From an uncultured Rickettsiaceae bacterium (GTDB taxonomy: Bacteria; Pseudomonadota; Alphaproteobacteria; Rickettsiales; Rickettsiaceae), in the NCBI GenBank assembly GCA_964351245.1, contig CAYGNF010000002.1:882-64881 (forward strand): a stretch of DNA of 64,000 nt, read 5' to 3'. The notes under the pieces are model-generated. The model made no database searches. It was not told the origin of the DNA and saw nothing but the letters and a program-made list of their open reading frames with translations. The position numbers and the translations under genes are program-made. Position 1 is the first letter of the stretch; the number at the start of each line of letters is the position of its first letter. Below, piece after piece: positions 10,145-19,926 of the stretch.

Positions 10145-11893
10145 ATGAACTATAAAAATATTTATGAATCCATCAGGGAGTATATTATCAAATCTCTGGT
10201 GCAGATAATTGATAATAAAGAAAAATTGAATGATTTTGCGATAGAAATTCCCAAAAACAAGGATCATGGGCATTTATCTACCAATGCAGCTATGATTCTA
10301 GCCTCATCTCTCAAAAAATCCCCAAGGGATATTGCGATTCTTATTAAAAACTGTCTAGAGAAAATGGAAGATTTCGAGTCTGTTGAAATTGCTGGGCCAG
10401 GCTTTATAAATCTTACCCTCAAAACGCATATCTGGCATAAGGTTCTAGCAGAAATATTGATCGCAAAAGAAGATTATGGAAAGCATCATATCAATGAAAA
10501 AATTAATATTGAATTTGTCTCAGCAAATCCTACCGGCCCTATGCATATAGGGCATGCAAGGCCTGCAGTATATGGGGATGTTTTATCTTCAGTGATGAAA
10601 TATTTGGGTTATGATGTTACAAAAGAATATTATGTGAATGATGCAGGGAGTCAGATTAATACACTAGTGCAATCTGCATATTTAAGGTACTTAGAGGTTT
10701 TTGGTCATAATATAACTATTCCTTCTGGGTATTATCCGGGAGAATATCTAAAAGATTTAGCAGAAGAGATCAAATCCGAATTCGCAAATAAATTCCTTGG
10801 TAACGCTGCGGAATTCAGTAATCTACATGCAGATGCAAGAAATCAATTTACCGATATAGTACTGAGCAAATTAATAAACTCAATAAGAAAGGACTTGTCG
10901 GATCTCAAAATACACCACGATGTGTTTTTCTCGGAAAAATCATTGCACACAAAGCAGTATGTTGATTCTGCCATAAAGCAATTGCAAGAAGATGGTTTGA
11001 TATATAAGGGCGCGCTTACAGCCCCGAAAGGCGAAGAGGATCCTGAGTGGGAAAATAGGGAGCAAGAGCTTTTTAGATCGACATCTTTTGGGGATGATCA
11101 AGATAGAAGTATTACAAAATCCGACGGTTCATGGACATATTTTGCAGGGGATATTGGGTATGCAAAAAGCAAAATAGATAGAGGCTTTAAGAATAATATT
11201 ATTATTTTGGGTGCCGATCATTCTGGTTATGTCAAAAGATTGACTGCTGTTTATAAAGCTATAAGCAAAAATATCGCAAGTGCTGATGTAGTATTATGCC
11301 AAATGGTCAATTTTATGCAAAACGGAGAGCCTGTCAAGATGTCAAAGCGATCTGGCAGCTTTACTACTGTAGCAGATGTAATAAGAGAAGTGGGCGCAGA
11401 TATACTGAGATTCATGATGATAACACGTAAAAATGATACAATTTTAGATTTTGATCTTGACGTAGTAAAATCATTATCAAAAGAAAATCCGATATTTTAT
11501 GTTCAATATGCAAGAGTAAGAGCTATATCTATTATTAATAATGCTAAAAATAATTTTGGAGAAATATATAAGAGCTTTACTGAAGGAGATTATGATCTTA
11601 ACCATCTTCAACTCAGCAATGAAATACATCTTATAAGAGATTTGTCTTTGATGCCTAGGGTTATTCTATTATCTGCTCAAAATAGAGAATTACATAAAAT
11701 ATCTTACTATTTACAAAATATAGCAGCGAGTTTTCATGCCTTGTGGAATCTTGGCAAAGAAAGTGAAGAATATAGATTTATCACGGAAAATGCAGAAGTA
11801 TCCTGTGCAAGACTTGCTCTTCTAGCAGCGATTATTAATGTTATTACAATTTTGCTGCAATTAATTGGAGTAAAACCCCTGGAGAAAATGTAA
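10145..11893 (+). CDS. argS: Arginine--tRNA ligase
   Basis: SANPTGPMHIGHAR (HIGH), KMSKRSG (KMSKS-like), and a C-terminal anticodon-binding region ending in M. Confidence 0.95.
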   Translation: MNYKNIYESIREYIIKSLVQIIDNKEKLNDFAIEIPKNKDHGHLSTNAAMILASSLKKSPRDIAILIKNCLEKMEDFESVEIAGPGFINLTLKTHIWHKVLAEILIAKEDYGKHHINEKINIEFVSANPTGPMHIGHARPAVYGDVLSSVMKYLGYDVTKEYYVNDAGSQINTLVQSAYLRYLEVFGHNITIPSGYYPGEYLKDLAEEIKSEFANKFLGNAAEFSNLHADARNQFTDIVLSKLINSIRKDLSDLKIHHDVFFSEKSLHTKQYVDSAIKQLQEDGLIYKGALTAPKGEEDPEWENREQELFRSTSFGDDQDRSITKSDGSWTYFAGDIGYAKSKIDRGFKNNIIILGADHSGYVKRLTAVYKAISKNIASADVVLCQMVNFMQNGEPVKMSKRSGSFTTVADVIREVGADILRFMMITRKNDTILDFDLDVVKSLSKENPIFYVQYARVRAISIINNAKNNFGEIYKSFTEGDYDLNHLQLSNEIHLIRDLSLMPRVILLSAQNRELHKISYYLQNIAASFHALWNLGKESEEYRFITENAEVSCARLALLAAIINVITILLQLIGVKPLEKM

Positions 11894-11912
11894 ATTTATA
11901 TTTTAATATATT

Positions 11913-12728
11913 ATGGTAAAGATTTTGTACATTAGGATCATTTTGATAGCTATATTTACTATATTCGTTGTCTCCTCTACCTATTGGTTTTACTCCTCCT
12001 CGAAAGTCACAGAAGTCCCCACACTCGCCCCATCCAAAAATCCTTATAAAATACCAGCTCAGGCTGATGAAGACTTACTCTCCCTTGACTCCAATAACGC
12101 ATTTTATGATAGTTTTACAAAAAATAAAAAAAATATACCAACGCAAATAAGTCTTTCTCCTGAACCCGAAGATCCGATTGCCCTCGTACAGGAGGCAGAA
12201 ATTGATAATGTCTTTTCTTCTGGTAATCTAGATGATGTAGAGATGAAAAAAACAAACAACATGGGCAAAGAAGAGGAGCCCGGGCTCAATCTCACAATAC
12301 AGCAAAAAGACGCGCATACTGAACAAAGCTCTATTCCTCAGATCCAAGGTGGATCCGTGTGGGATATAAAAGAAAATGTTGGTACAATTGATGCGGAGCA
12401 AAAAAAGACACAGAATCTCAATGTAACAACAGTTAAACAACTAAACATCACACCTCAAAAAAACAAAAAAGATAAAATTGGATATTTTATGCAGCTGGGT
12501 ATTTACAGATCTGAAGTCGAAGCAAAAAAAGAATGGGCAAAAATTAAATTTAATAACAAGAAATTAATAGGCTTGCGTGAGCCCAAGATCAAAAAAGTTA
12601 AAAAATCAAATGCGCTTTATTACGAATTATTAGCTGGACCATATGAACAATTTAAATCAGCAAAATATGCTTGCAACAAAATTATCCTAAAAAAACAAAA
12701 ATGCATAGTAGCCAGAGATAATCTGTAA
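11913..12728 (+). CDS. SPOR-domain membrane protein
   Basis: N-terminal TM segment and a low-complexity linker. The C-terminal ~75 aa (YFMQLGIYRSEVEAKKEWAKI...YYELLAGPYEQFKSAKYACNKI) match the SPOR peptidoglycan-binding fold pattern. Confidence 0.6.
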   Translation: MVKILYIRIILIAIFTIFVVSSTYWFYSSSKVTEVPTLAPSKNPYKIPAQADEDLLSLDSNNAFYDSFTKNKKNIPTQISLSPEPEDPIALVQEAEIDNVFSSGNLDDVEMKKTNNMGKEEEPGLNLTIQQKDAHTEQSSIPQIQGGSVWDIKENVGTIDAEQKKTQNLNVTTVKQLNITPQKNKKDKIGYFMQLGIYRSEVEAKKEWAKIKFNNKKLIGLREPKIKKVKKSNALYYELLAGPYEQFKSAKYACNKIILKKQKCIVARDNL

Positions 12729-12951
12729 TATTCCTAATATAGCGCTTGATTTCCAAATAGTTCGGTAGAATAGATGAGAGTTTGACTAGTAATTTAGTAG
12801 TCAGAATTCCCTGAACGGCATAAATCATCAAGCAAAGAATAGATTCGTTATATTAATCTATCTCTTTTATCCGCTATGCAGTATGGGTATTATTAGCATT
12901 GATCTTTGGGGATTTATTATAAGAAGCAAGAGCTTAACTTAATCTCTTTAC

Positions 12952-12980
12952 TTGACAAGAACCGTTTCATTCATGATAAT
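12952..12980 (+). promoter_or_regulatory. Sigma70-like promoter candidate (TTGACA-17 nt-GATAAT) upstream of cspA
   Basis: TTGACA at 12952-12957, a 17-nt spacer, then GATAAT at 12975-12980. It would give a ~310-nt cspA leader. Sequence match only. Confidence 0.25.
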
Positions 12981-13064
12981 GCGGTGCAGCAGATAGTGCG
13001 CTGCTTTTTTGTGTAGTTGAAGTGGATTTATTCATAAAACTGCCTTTATTTAAGATAAATTTAT

Positions 13065-13121
13065 TGCAACCAGCTTAAGAAAAATTATTTATTAATGCAA
13101 TTAATAAATAGTTTGGTTGCA
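13065..13121 (+). other. Long bulged hairpin / nested inverted repeat in the cspA upstream leader
   Basis: Outer arms are TGCAACCA (13065-13072) and TGGTTGCA (13114-13121). The inner stem pairs 13083-13096 with 13100-13113 (core ATTTATTAAT / ATTAATAAAT, one G-U) around the 3-nt loop GCA. Confidence 0.35.
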
Positions 13122-13298
13122 TAAATGAGGTTTTTAATATACCCTCCCTTTCTGTGTAGTCTGAGGCTGATATTATATTCAGTTGTACCACACCTTAGGT
13201 TCAAGGCTGGACAAAAACTGAAAAGCGCAGTCAAGCTAAAATAATGTGAGGTTCACAGCACTCGCAGTAAATTAATCATCTAAACAAAAGGAATATTG

Positions 13299-13502
13299 AT
13301 GAATACAGGAACAATAAAATGGTTTAACGCAACAAAAGGATATGGGTTTATAGAGCCTAGTGATAAATCGAGAGATGTTTTCTTGCATATCTCTGCAGTA
13401 GGAGATATAAATCTGAACGATTTAAAAGACGGCCAAAAGATCAGTTATAATACTGAATCTGATAAAGGTAAAGTATCTGCGGTAGATGTCAAGTTAATAT
13501 AA
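13299..13502 (+). CDS. cspA: Cold-shock protein (CspA family)
   Basis: GTIKWFNATKGYGFI (RNP1) and DVFLHISA (RNP2). The ATG at 13299 is preferred over the TTG at 13296. Confidence 0.9.
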   Translation: MNTGTIKWFNATKGYGFIEPSDKSRDVFLHISAVGDINLNDLKDGQKISYNTESDKGKVSAVDVKLI

Positions 13503-13925
13503 TCGGTGGCAGGAGTTATATCAGGCCATAGATTAAATTAGAAGCATCATTATTATTAAGAGGATGCGTAAGTGTATGTGTTACACATATATCAACGGGG
13601 TCCTCAGAATAATTATTGATATTATTTACAAATGCCCCTTAGATATTAGGTTTAATTATAATAGCTAGTGTAGATCTTCAAACTATCACCAAGCAATCAA
13701 TAATTATAGAAGAAGTCTAGTGCAAAAATCCTAAAGATATACTGAATTGTTCAGAATGAGAGTCGATATTATATTTTCCTCTACTTCTCTAGTTATATCA
13801 AATAATATAATGGAGTATGTATTTGAGAATAATCTGCGGAGTCTCATTATAAACATTGAGATTTAGGGCTAATATGATATAAAATATTATCTTGTACTGA
13901 AGCTCCAGTTGCTTTATCATAAATT

Positions 13926-14366
13926 ATGAAAATACAGAAAATCTTCATTATCATATTCTTAGTCTGTTGTAGCACTTACTTAAGAGCTGACCAAGTCTTT
14001 GACATTACTGGCGAGGCAGAAGATGAGGTCGTAGATGATTTATTTAATATTCAAGAAGAGACCTCAAGACATAGTTACAAAGGCAAGATAATAATTATGA
14101 ATAAAATTACAGCAAATTCCAAGGAGTTTCTTATACAGCCAGGATCTACTATTAATTTCGCTAATGCTCAAATTACACTACATAGATGTGCAAGAACAGA
14201 GTTAGGAGAGTCCTTAATACTCGTTTCTCTTACGCAAAGATCTATAGATAGCTTCGACTACTCAGACAAAAGATTAATCTTCAAGGGATGGATTTTTGAG
14301 AACAACCCTTCTCTTTCTTCCCCTGAGCACCCTGTGTATCAACTTATGGCATTGTCTTGCTCGTAG
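13926..14366 (+). CDS. Secreted conserved alphaproteobacterial protein (DUF2155-like)
   Basis: Signal peptide MKIQKIFIIIFLVCCSTYLRA. The pattern IIIMNKITANSKEFLIQPGSTINFANAQITLHRCAR resembles the DUF2155 family (LDK-x-T...F..l.i....C). Confidence 0.45.
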   Translation: MKIQKIFIIIFLVCCSTYLRADQVFDITGEAEDEVVDDLFNIQEETSRHSYKGKIIIMNKITANSKEFLIQPGSTINFANAQITLHRCARTELGESLILVSLTQRSIDSFDYSDKRLIFKGWIFENNPSLSSPEHPVYQLMALSCS

Positions 14367-14367
14367 T

Positions 14368-15606
14368 ATGATGTATTTCTATCAAGCATTAATGATCCTA
14401 TCACCTTCTATATGCTTACTTAGCGGACTTTTTGCGTCTTCTATTGTAGGTGTACTATACTGTATGATTTTGTATAAAAGATACTACAAGGTTGAGTTTT
14501 TAGCTCTGAGGAATCATAAATGTGAAGTTGCCTTGATGTTGTGGGTGATGATAAGTTGCATATGGAGTCCAGATTTTTTTGGATCAGCTAAACAATATCT
14601 CATATTGATGTTTTTTGTGATTTCGTCTTACTCAATCATGCAAAAATCAGTTATAGATGATATAAATCTTAGTGCGGTATTGTACTTTCCTCTTCTAATA
14701 GGATCCTTACTGGCATTAGTAATTTTCGGTCTAGAGTACGTATCTGAGGGTTATATCTCAATTGCATTTCGCAATTATTTTCAGAACTCAATTGGGCATT
14801 ATTTTGCACTGCATTTTTTAGATAGAGGCTGCTCATTTCTTACAATGATTTCATGGCCTGTATTATATTTTTTAATCAAAAAGAGATATTTTTTCTTCTC
14901 TTTCTTGTATTATGTATGTCTATTATATGCTCTCAGCATTTCTGATAGCTTTGCCAGTTACTTGGCATTGATTTGCGGGACGGTTGCTTTTACATCAACC
15001 TTGTTACTAAGGAAATTTGCATTATATGCGCTTATGTGTGTAGTTACTCTAACTGCTATCCTATTTCCAATTATTGCTAAAGTGCAGTCTCCCCTGCTTT
15101 TGTCGTCACAATATTATTCTCTACCAGATTCTGGTAAACACAGGCTTTTTATATGGAAGTTTACATCATTAAAGATATTGGAAAAGCCAATTTTAGGATG
15201 GGGATTTAATTCCTCCAGAGATATACCGGTAGATGATGAAGTGGATCTGATATATTTTCAAAAGTATAAGTGGCATCCACTCCCATTGCACCCCCATAAT
15301 TGCTTTCTTCATATATGGCTTGAGTGCGGTATAGTGGGACTTATACTATTTACTGTTACTCTGTTGAAAATACTATATAATTCTTATCTTGTATACTTGA
15401 ATCAAAGAAATGTAGTATGGCTCAGTATAATGACTGGATGCTTCATCAACTACCTTGTAATAGCAATGGTGTCTTATGGATTATGGCAAATTTGGTGGGT
15501 TGCAACTTATACATTTACTATGATGCTAGTGTATTGCGCAAAGGATGCAGTTCCTGATACAATCAGAAGGGGTATTTCTAAATCAAGCGTATTTTATCGA
15601 TATTAG
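14368..15606 (+). CDS. O-antigen ligase (WaaL/Wzy_C) family membrane protein
   Basis: Polytopic membrane protein with a periplasmic loop carrying HPLPLHPHNCFLHIWLECGIVG (the H-x-x-HN-x-x-L...E-x-G motif of the Wzy_C domain). The ATG at 14368 is chosen because it follows the upstream stop (TAGTATG). Confidence 0.7.
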   Translation: MMYFYQALMILSPSICLLSGLFASSIVGVLYCMILYKRYYKVEFLALRNHKCEVALMLWVMISCIWSPDFFGSAKQYLILMFFVISSYSIMQKSVIDDINLSAVLYFPLLIGSLLALVIFGLEYVSEGYISIAFRNYFQNSIGHYFALHFLDRGCSFLTMISWPVLYFLIKKRYFFFSFLYYVCLLYALSISDSFASYLALICGTVAFTSTLLLRKFALYALMCVVTLTAILFPIIAKVQSPLLLSSQYYSLPDSGKHRLFIWKFTSLKILEKPILGWGFNSSRDIPVDDEVDLIYFQKYKWHPLPLHPHNCFLHIWLECGIVGLILFTVTLLKILYNSYLVYLNQRNVVWLSIMTGCFINYLVIAMVSYGLWQIWWVATYTFTMMLVYCAKDAVPDTIRRGISKSSVFYRY

Positions 15607-15821
15607 ACTTGCGCAGATTAATAATATATTAGTATATAATGCTTTAGCAATAATGATATGATAATAAAATGATGGCCACATATCCAATAAAAAATAATGA
15701 GATCGTAAAGACTGGTCTAGTTAAATATATCGCTAGTCATTCGCAGTATTGTGTAATTTGAGAAATAGTATAATATGATTACGATTTTTGCTGATAATTA
15801 AAATGAACCTAGGTAAAATAT

Positions 15822-16562
15822 ATGAATTTGCTATTAAAGTTTTTGCTGATTTGTGTGACTCTAACATCCTGTCAAAATAAGAACAAAAATGATGATGTAA
15901 TAGTTGACTCTAAAGATTTATATAATCAAGGGCTAGATCTTTTGAAGCGCGCAAAATACTATGAAGCTTCCGAAAAATTTGGCGATATTTATTTTCAACA
16001 TCCAGGAGGTGTACTAACCCCTTACGCAGAGATAATGGAAGCATATAGTCTTTATAGAGCCAAAAAATATCTTGATGCAATCGATGTGTTAGATAATTTT
16101 ATGATAATTCACCCATCTCATACAGATATGGCATATGTTATATATTTGAAAGGTTTGTGTCATTATGATCAAATTTCTGATATTCATCACGATCAAAATC
16201 ATACAAAGCAAGCTCTCGGTATATTTGAGGCATTAATTTCAAAATATCCGTATACAAACTATGCGTCAGATGCGAAAACAAAATTACAATTTATTCACGA
16301 TAATCTTGCTGCAAAAGAAATGTATATCGGTAGATATTATCAAAAAATGCTTAACCCGAGCGCAGCTATTGGCAGATTTAGTAATGCAGTCAACCAATAT
16401 CACACTACATCTTATACACCTGAAGCTTTATATAGATTAGTAGAATGCTTTACTTCTCTTAGCTTACATTCGGAAGCTAGTAAAATCGCAGATAGATTAT
16501 ACGCTAATTACAAAGATAATGAGTGGACTGAGCGCGCACACAATATTTTAATAAAGAAGTGA
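15822..16562 (+). CDS. bamD: Outer membrane protein assembly factor BamD (lipoprotein, TPR-like)
   Basis: Lipobox LTSC after MNLLLKFLLICVT. YNQGLDLLKRAKYYEASEKF and further TPR-like repeats, with a size typical of BamD/YfiO. Confidence 0.75.
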   Translation: MNLLLKFLLICVTLTSCQNKNKNDDVIVDSKDLYNQGLDLLKRAKYYEASEKFGDIYFQHPGGVLTPYAEIMEAYSLYRAKKYLDAIDVLDNFMIIHPSHTDMAYVIYLKGLCHYDQISDIHHDQNHTKQALGIFEALISKYPYTNYASDAKTKLQFIHDNLAAKEMYIGRYYQKMLNPSAAIGRFSNAVNQYHTTSYTPEALYRLVECFTSLSLHSEASKIADRLYANYKDNEWTERAHNILIKK

Positions 16563-16569
16563 GGTAAAA

Positions 16570-17664
16570 ATGGGGCTCAAATGCGGAATAGTTGGTCTCC
16601 CGAATGTTGGTAAATCTACATTATTTAATGCGCTCACTTCAAGCAAAAATGCTGCTGCTGCAAATTTTCCCTTTTGTACAATTGAACCTAATTCTGGTCT
16701 TGTTCATGTGCCGGACGAAAGATTAAGCGCCTTAGCAAGTATAGCCTGTTCGGCAAAAATCCTTCCTGCTATTATTGAATTTGTTGATATTGCAGGACTT
16801 GTTAAAGGCGCAAGTAAAGGAGATGGGCTTGGTAATAAATTTCTAAGTCATATACGTGAGGTCGATGCGATTATTCATGTACTACGATGCTTTGATCATG
16901 ATGATATAATTCATGTGCACGGTAAAGTAGACCCTATTTTTGATGCAGATATTATCGAAACAGAGCTTATTTTATCAGATCTTGAGTCAGTGGAAAGAAG
17001 ATTGAAAGCCTCGAAAAAAAAAGGTAGCACAGATAGTATGCCTACTGGTTACTGCGAAGCGCTGGAAATAGTATATCAAACACTCGCCGAAGGTAACCCA
17101 GCAAGAATTCTTAAGAATCAGATAGGAAAGGGATTATTATCTTCTTTGCAAATTATCACTTCAAAGCCAGTATTATATGTATGCAATGTGCTAGAAGATG
17201 ATGCTAGCTCAGGTAATGCTTACACAAAGCTGGTCGCAAAAAAAGCAGAGAATGAAGGCGCTAAATCTATAGTTATTTCTTCTCAGATAGAAGAGGAGAT
17301 AGCTCAGCTAACTTCTTTAGAAGATAGGGATGAGTTTTTAAAAGAAATAGGTTTAAGCGCAACTGGCCTTAGCAAAATAATCAAAGAAGGATATTCTTTA
17401 TTAGACTTAAAAAGCTATTTTACAGTTGGTCCTAAAGAAACCAGGGCATGGACATTTCCTGATGGAGTTTTAGCGCCCGGAGCAGCTGGAATAATTCATA
17501 CCGATTTTGAAAAAGGTTTTATTAGAGCCGAAGTGATTAATTATGAAGATTATATATCGCTCAAAGGAGAGGCTAAAGCTAAAGAGATGGGCAAAATGAG
17601 ACTCGAAGGGAAGGAGTATAAAGTGCAAGATGGGGATGTAATCCACTTTAGATTTAATGTTTAA
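16570..17664 (+). CDS. ychF: Redox-regulated ATPase YchF
   Basis: GIVGLPNVGKSTLFNALT P-loop, FVDIAGLVKGAS, and a C-terminal TGS-like domain ending DGDVIHFRFNV. Confidence 0.95.
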   Translation: MGLKCGIVGLPNVGKSTLFNALTSSKNAAAANFPFCTIEPNSGLVHVPDERLSALASIACSAKILPAIIEFVDIAGLVKGASKGDGLGNKFLSHIREVDAIIHVLRCFDHDDIIHVHGKVDPIFDADIIETELILSDLESVERRLKASKKKGSTDSMPTGYCEALEIVYQTLAEGNPARILKNQIGKGLLSSLQIITSKPVLYVCNVLEDDASSGNAYTKLVAKKAENEGAKSIVISSQIEEEIAQLTSLEDRDEFLKEIGLSATGLSKIIKEGYSLLDLKSYFTVGPKETRAWTFPDGVLAPGAAGIIHTDFEKGFIRAEVINYEDYISLKGEAKAKEMGKMRLEGKEYKVQDGDVIHFRFNV

Positions 17665-17678
17665 TATGGATAGAATAA

Positions 17679-18881
17679 ATGATAAGGCTATGCATTCTTT
17701 TTGCTTTATTTGCTCTATCTCAATCCACAGAGACTGCTTACACTACCTGCTTACCCAAGATTTCTTCAGATTTAAATGCAAGCCCATCTGAGGTACAAAG
17801 CGGCTCTAGTATATATTTTTATGGCTTTGCTACCGGTATATTTTGTTTTGGAGGTATATCAGATATTATAGGAAGGAGGCCAGTAATATTAATAGGCCTG
17901 AGTATTTTTGTAATAGCCAATATATTTATATATTTCACTGATAATATCACAATTTTACTAATACTACGATATATCCAGGCGTTTGGGGCAAGTGTAGGAT
18001 CTGTTGGCGCTCAAACTATGGCCAGAGATTTATATTCTGGACCTCAGCTTTCTAAATTATACGCATCTTTTGCAGCCGGGCTTGCCATCATGCCCTCCAT
18101 ATCATCTTTTATCGCTGGTAATATTTTAGAGCAATTTGGGTGGAGAATCGTTTTTATTTATCTAGTGTGTATATTTAGTATATTACTCATTATGTGCATA
18201 CTATACTTAGCAGAGACATTAGATCTGAAGAATACAAAAAAACGAGCTGATTATAAAGGCGTTTTCCTTACCATGTTATTTGATAAAAAGATATTATGCT
18301 TTGGATTTATGATCGGCATATTCAATGGTATCATGTACGGGCTTTATATCGAAGCGCCATTTATCTTCATGCATCATCTATCTATTAGCCCTGCAGATTA
18401 TGGTTCTATTATATTGATGCAAGGAATTAGCGCGGCTTTTGGCAGTATTATATGTCTACAATTGCAAGCACTCGGGGTTAAAGGTGCAATACTCAAAAGA
18501 CAAGGTATTATAATCAGCATAATCAGTTGCAGTTCATTTGTTATTACAGCATTGTTATGGGATAATCATCTTATCTCTAATATAGATGCAGCCTGCTCCA
18601 TTATAACATGCATGATGATGCAATCATTTAGCTACGCTATCGTTATGCCACTTGTTCTAAGATATGCGCTTGAAGATTATACAAAAACAAATGGTACTGG
18701 TGGATCCATTTTTGGCACATATTATTATTCTATTATAGCTACCATCAATGTGATTACCACTTATCTACATGACACTAATATACTAAAAGTCTCGTTATTT
18801 TTTTTGATCGGTAGTATGATAGCATTAGTATTAGACTATATTGCCGGTAGAACTCATTCCCTCAGCAGAGGAGTTGCGTAA
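17679..18881 (+). CDS. MFS transporter, Bcr/CflA-type drug-resistance family
   Basis: 400 aa with a 12-TM profile. Loop SDIIGRRPVILIGL and an LPKISSDLNAS..VQ N-terminus typical of the Bcr/CflA subfamily. Confidence 0.75.
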   Translation: MIRLCILFALFALSQSTETAYTTCLPKISSDLNASPSEVQSGSSIYFYGFATGIFCFGGISDIIGRRPVILIGLSIFVIANIFIYFTDNITILLILRYIQAFGASVGSVGAQTMARDLYSGPQLSKLYASFAAGLAIMPSISSFIAGNILEQFGWRIVFIYLVCIFSILLIMCILYLAETLDLKNTKKRADYKGVFLTMLFDKKILCFGFMIGIFNGIMYGLYIEAPFIFMHHLSISPADYGSIILMQGISAAFGSIICLQLQALGVKGAILKRQGIIISIISCSSFVITALLWDNHLISNIDAACSIITCMMMQSFSYAIVMPLVLRYALEDYTKTNGTGGSIFGTYYYSIIATINVITTYLHDTNILKVSLFFLIGSMIALVLDYIAGRTHSLSRGVA

Positions 18882-19008
18882 AACTGGCCACTCTTATATT
18901 GATAGAGATACGATAAAATAAAGATTATGTTGCTATGCATATTCCAAGATTTAGTATAATCATACACTACAAAACCTTTGTGTTATGTATATTTTTATAT
19001 GAGTTATT

Positions 19009-19476
19009 ATGAAGTGCCCTTTTTGCCAGCATACCAATACATCAGTTAAAGATTCCCGAACGACACTGAATGACGAGAATGTTCGCAGAAGAAGAGCTTG
19101 TGATAATTGTCATGCTAAATTTTCTACTATTGAACGTCCTGTATTGAAAGAGTTATTTGTAATCAAAAGGTCAGGTTTCAAAAAGCCCTTTGAGAGCCAA
19201 AAAATATACAGCTCAGTTAGCGCCGCTTTAAGAAAAAGATATGCAAATGATGAAGAGATCCACAAAATTGTCAATCGTATTTGCATGGTACTACAATCAC
19301 AACAAGAAAAAGAGATCGCAACAAGAAAAATTGGGGATATGATCCTAGAGGAGTTAGCAAAAGTAGATGAAGTTGCCTATATTCGTTTTGCCTCTGTATA
19401 TAAGGACTTTGCTACTGCTAAAGATTTTTCTCAATTCATCAATTATATTAAAACATCCAAAAATAAGGCTACTTGA
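19009..19476 (+). CDS. nrdR: Transcriptional repressor NrdR
   Basis: MKCPFCQH...CDNCHAKFSTIE zinc ribbon followed by an ATP-cone region (YIRFASVYKDF). Confidence 0.9.
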   Translation: MKCPFCQHTNTSVKDSRTTLNDENVRRRRACDNCHAKFSTIERPVLKELFVIKRSGFKKPFESQKIYSSVSAALRKRYANDEEIHKIVNRICMVLQSQQEKEIATRKIGDMILEELAKVDEVAYIRFASVYKDFATAKDFSQFINYIKTSKNKAT

Positions 19477-19599
19477 ATCGATAGAAAATAGAGCAAATGC
19501 TCATCATATTTCCTATTTTTGAATGACTGATTTTAGCCTGATGGTAAATAGCGCCTCTAGAATTTTCTAAATTACTTAAAGTGCTGAGAGATTGCTGGT

Positions 19600-19926
19600 T
19601 TATTTACTAGTATTATTATTATTCATCTCGTCTACAGCATCGCGGCCCTCCTCTACTATTGTATCAATACTAGATTTGATTACCTCATTATGCATAGCTA
19701 CTTTCGAAGAGAGATTTGAAAGAACTATTGAGTTTAAAAGAAAAAATGCAGCAAGGACTATAGTCACGTTGGTTAGAAAATTTGTAGCAGACCTGGCGCT
19801 CATGATACCAGAATTGCCACCGCCACTGAGGCCACTGAGGCTATCTGCTCCAGTTCTTTGGATGAGAATTACAATCACCAATAAAAGGGATATAACGATT
19901 TGTATAATGAGCAATATATTAAGCAT
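19600..19926 (-). CDS. secG: Preprotein translocase subunit SecG
   Basis: MLNILLIIQIVISLLLVIVILIQRTGADSLSGLSGGG is the SecG signature. Lies downstream of tpiA, overlapping it by 8 bp, which is the conserved tpiA-secG order. Confidence 0.8.
   Translation of the reverse strand: MLNILLIIQIVISLLLVIVILIQRTGADSLSGLSGGGNSGIMSARSATNFLTNVTIVLAAFFLLNSIVLSNLSSKVAMHNEVIKSSIDTIVEEGRDAVDEMNNNNTSK

Noticed and set aside
12986-13010. GCAGC-9 nt-GCTGC hairpin followed by TTTTTT, considered as a rho-independent terminator
   Set aside because: The stem is only 5 bp. It also begins only 6 nt after the candidate -10 box, so it cannot sensibly be both. It is left unannotated, though it might be a leader or attenuator element if the promoter is real.
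13575-13589. Perfect 15-nt palindrome TATGTGTTACACATA downstream of cspA, considered as an operator
   Set aside because: A 7+7 palindrome is expected several times by chance at this sequence length and composition. It does not sit in front of a gene start.
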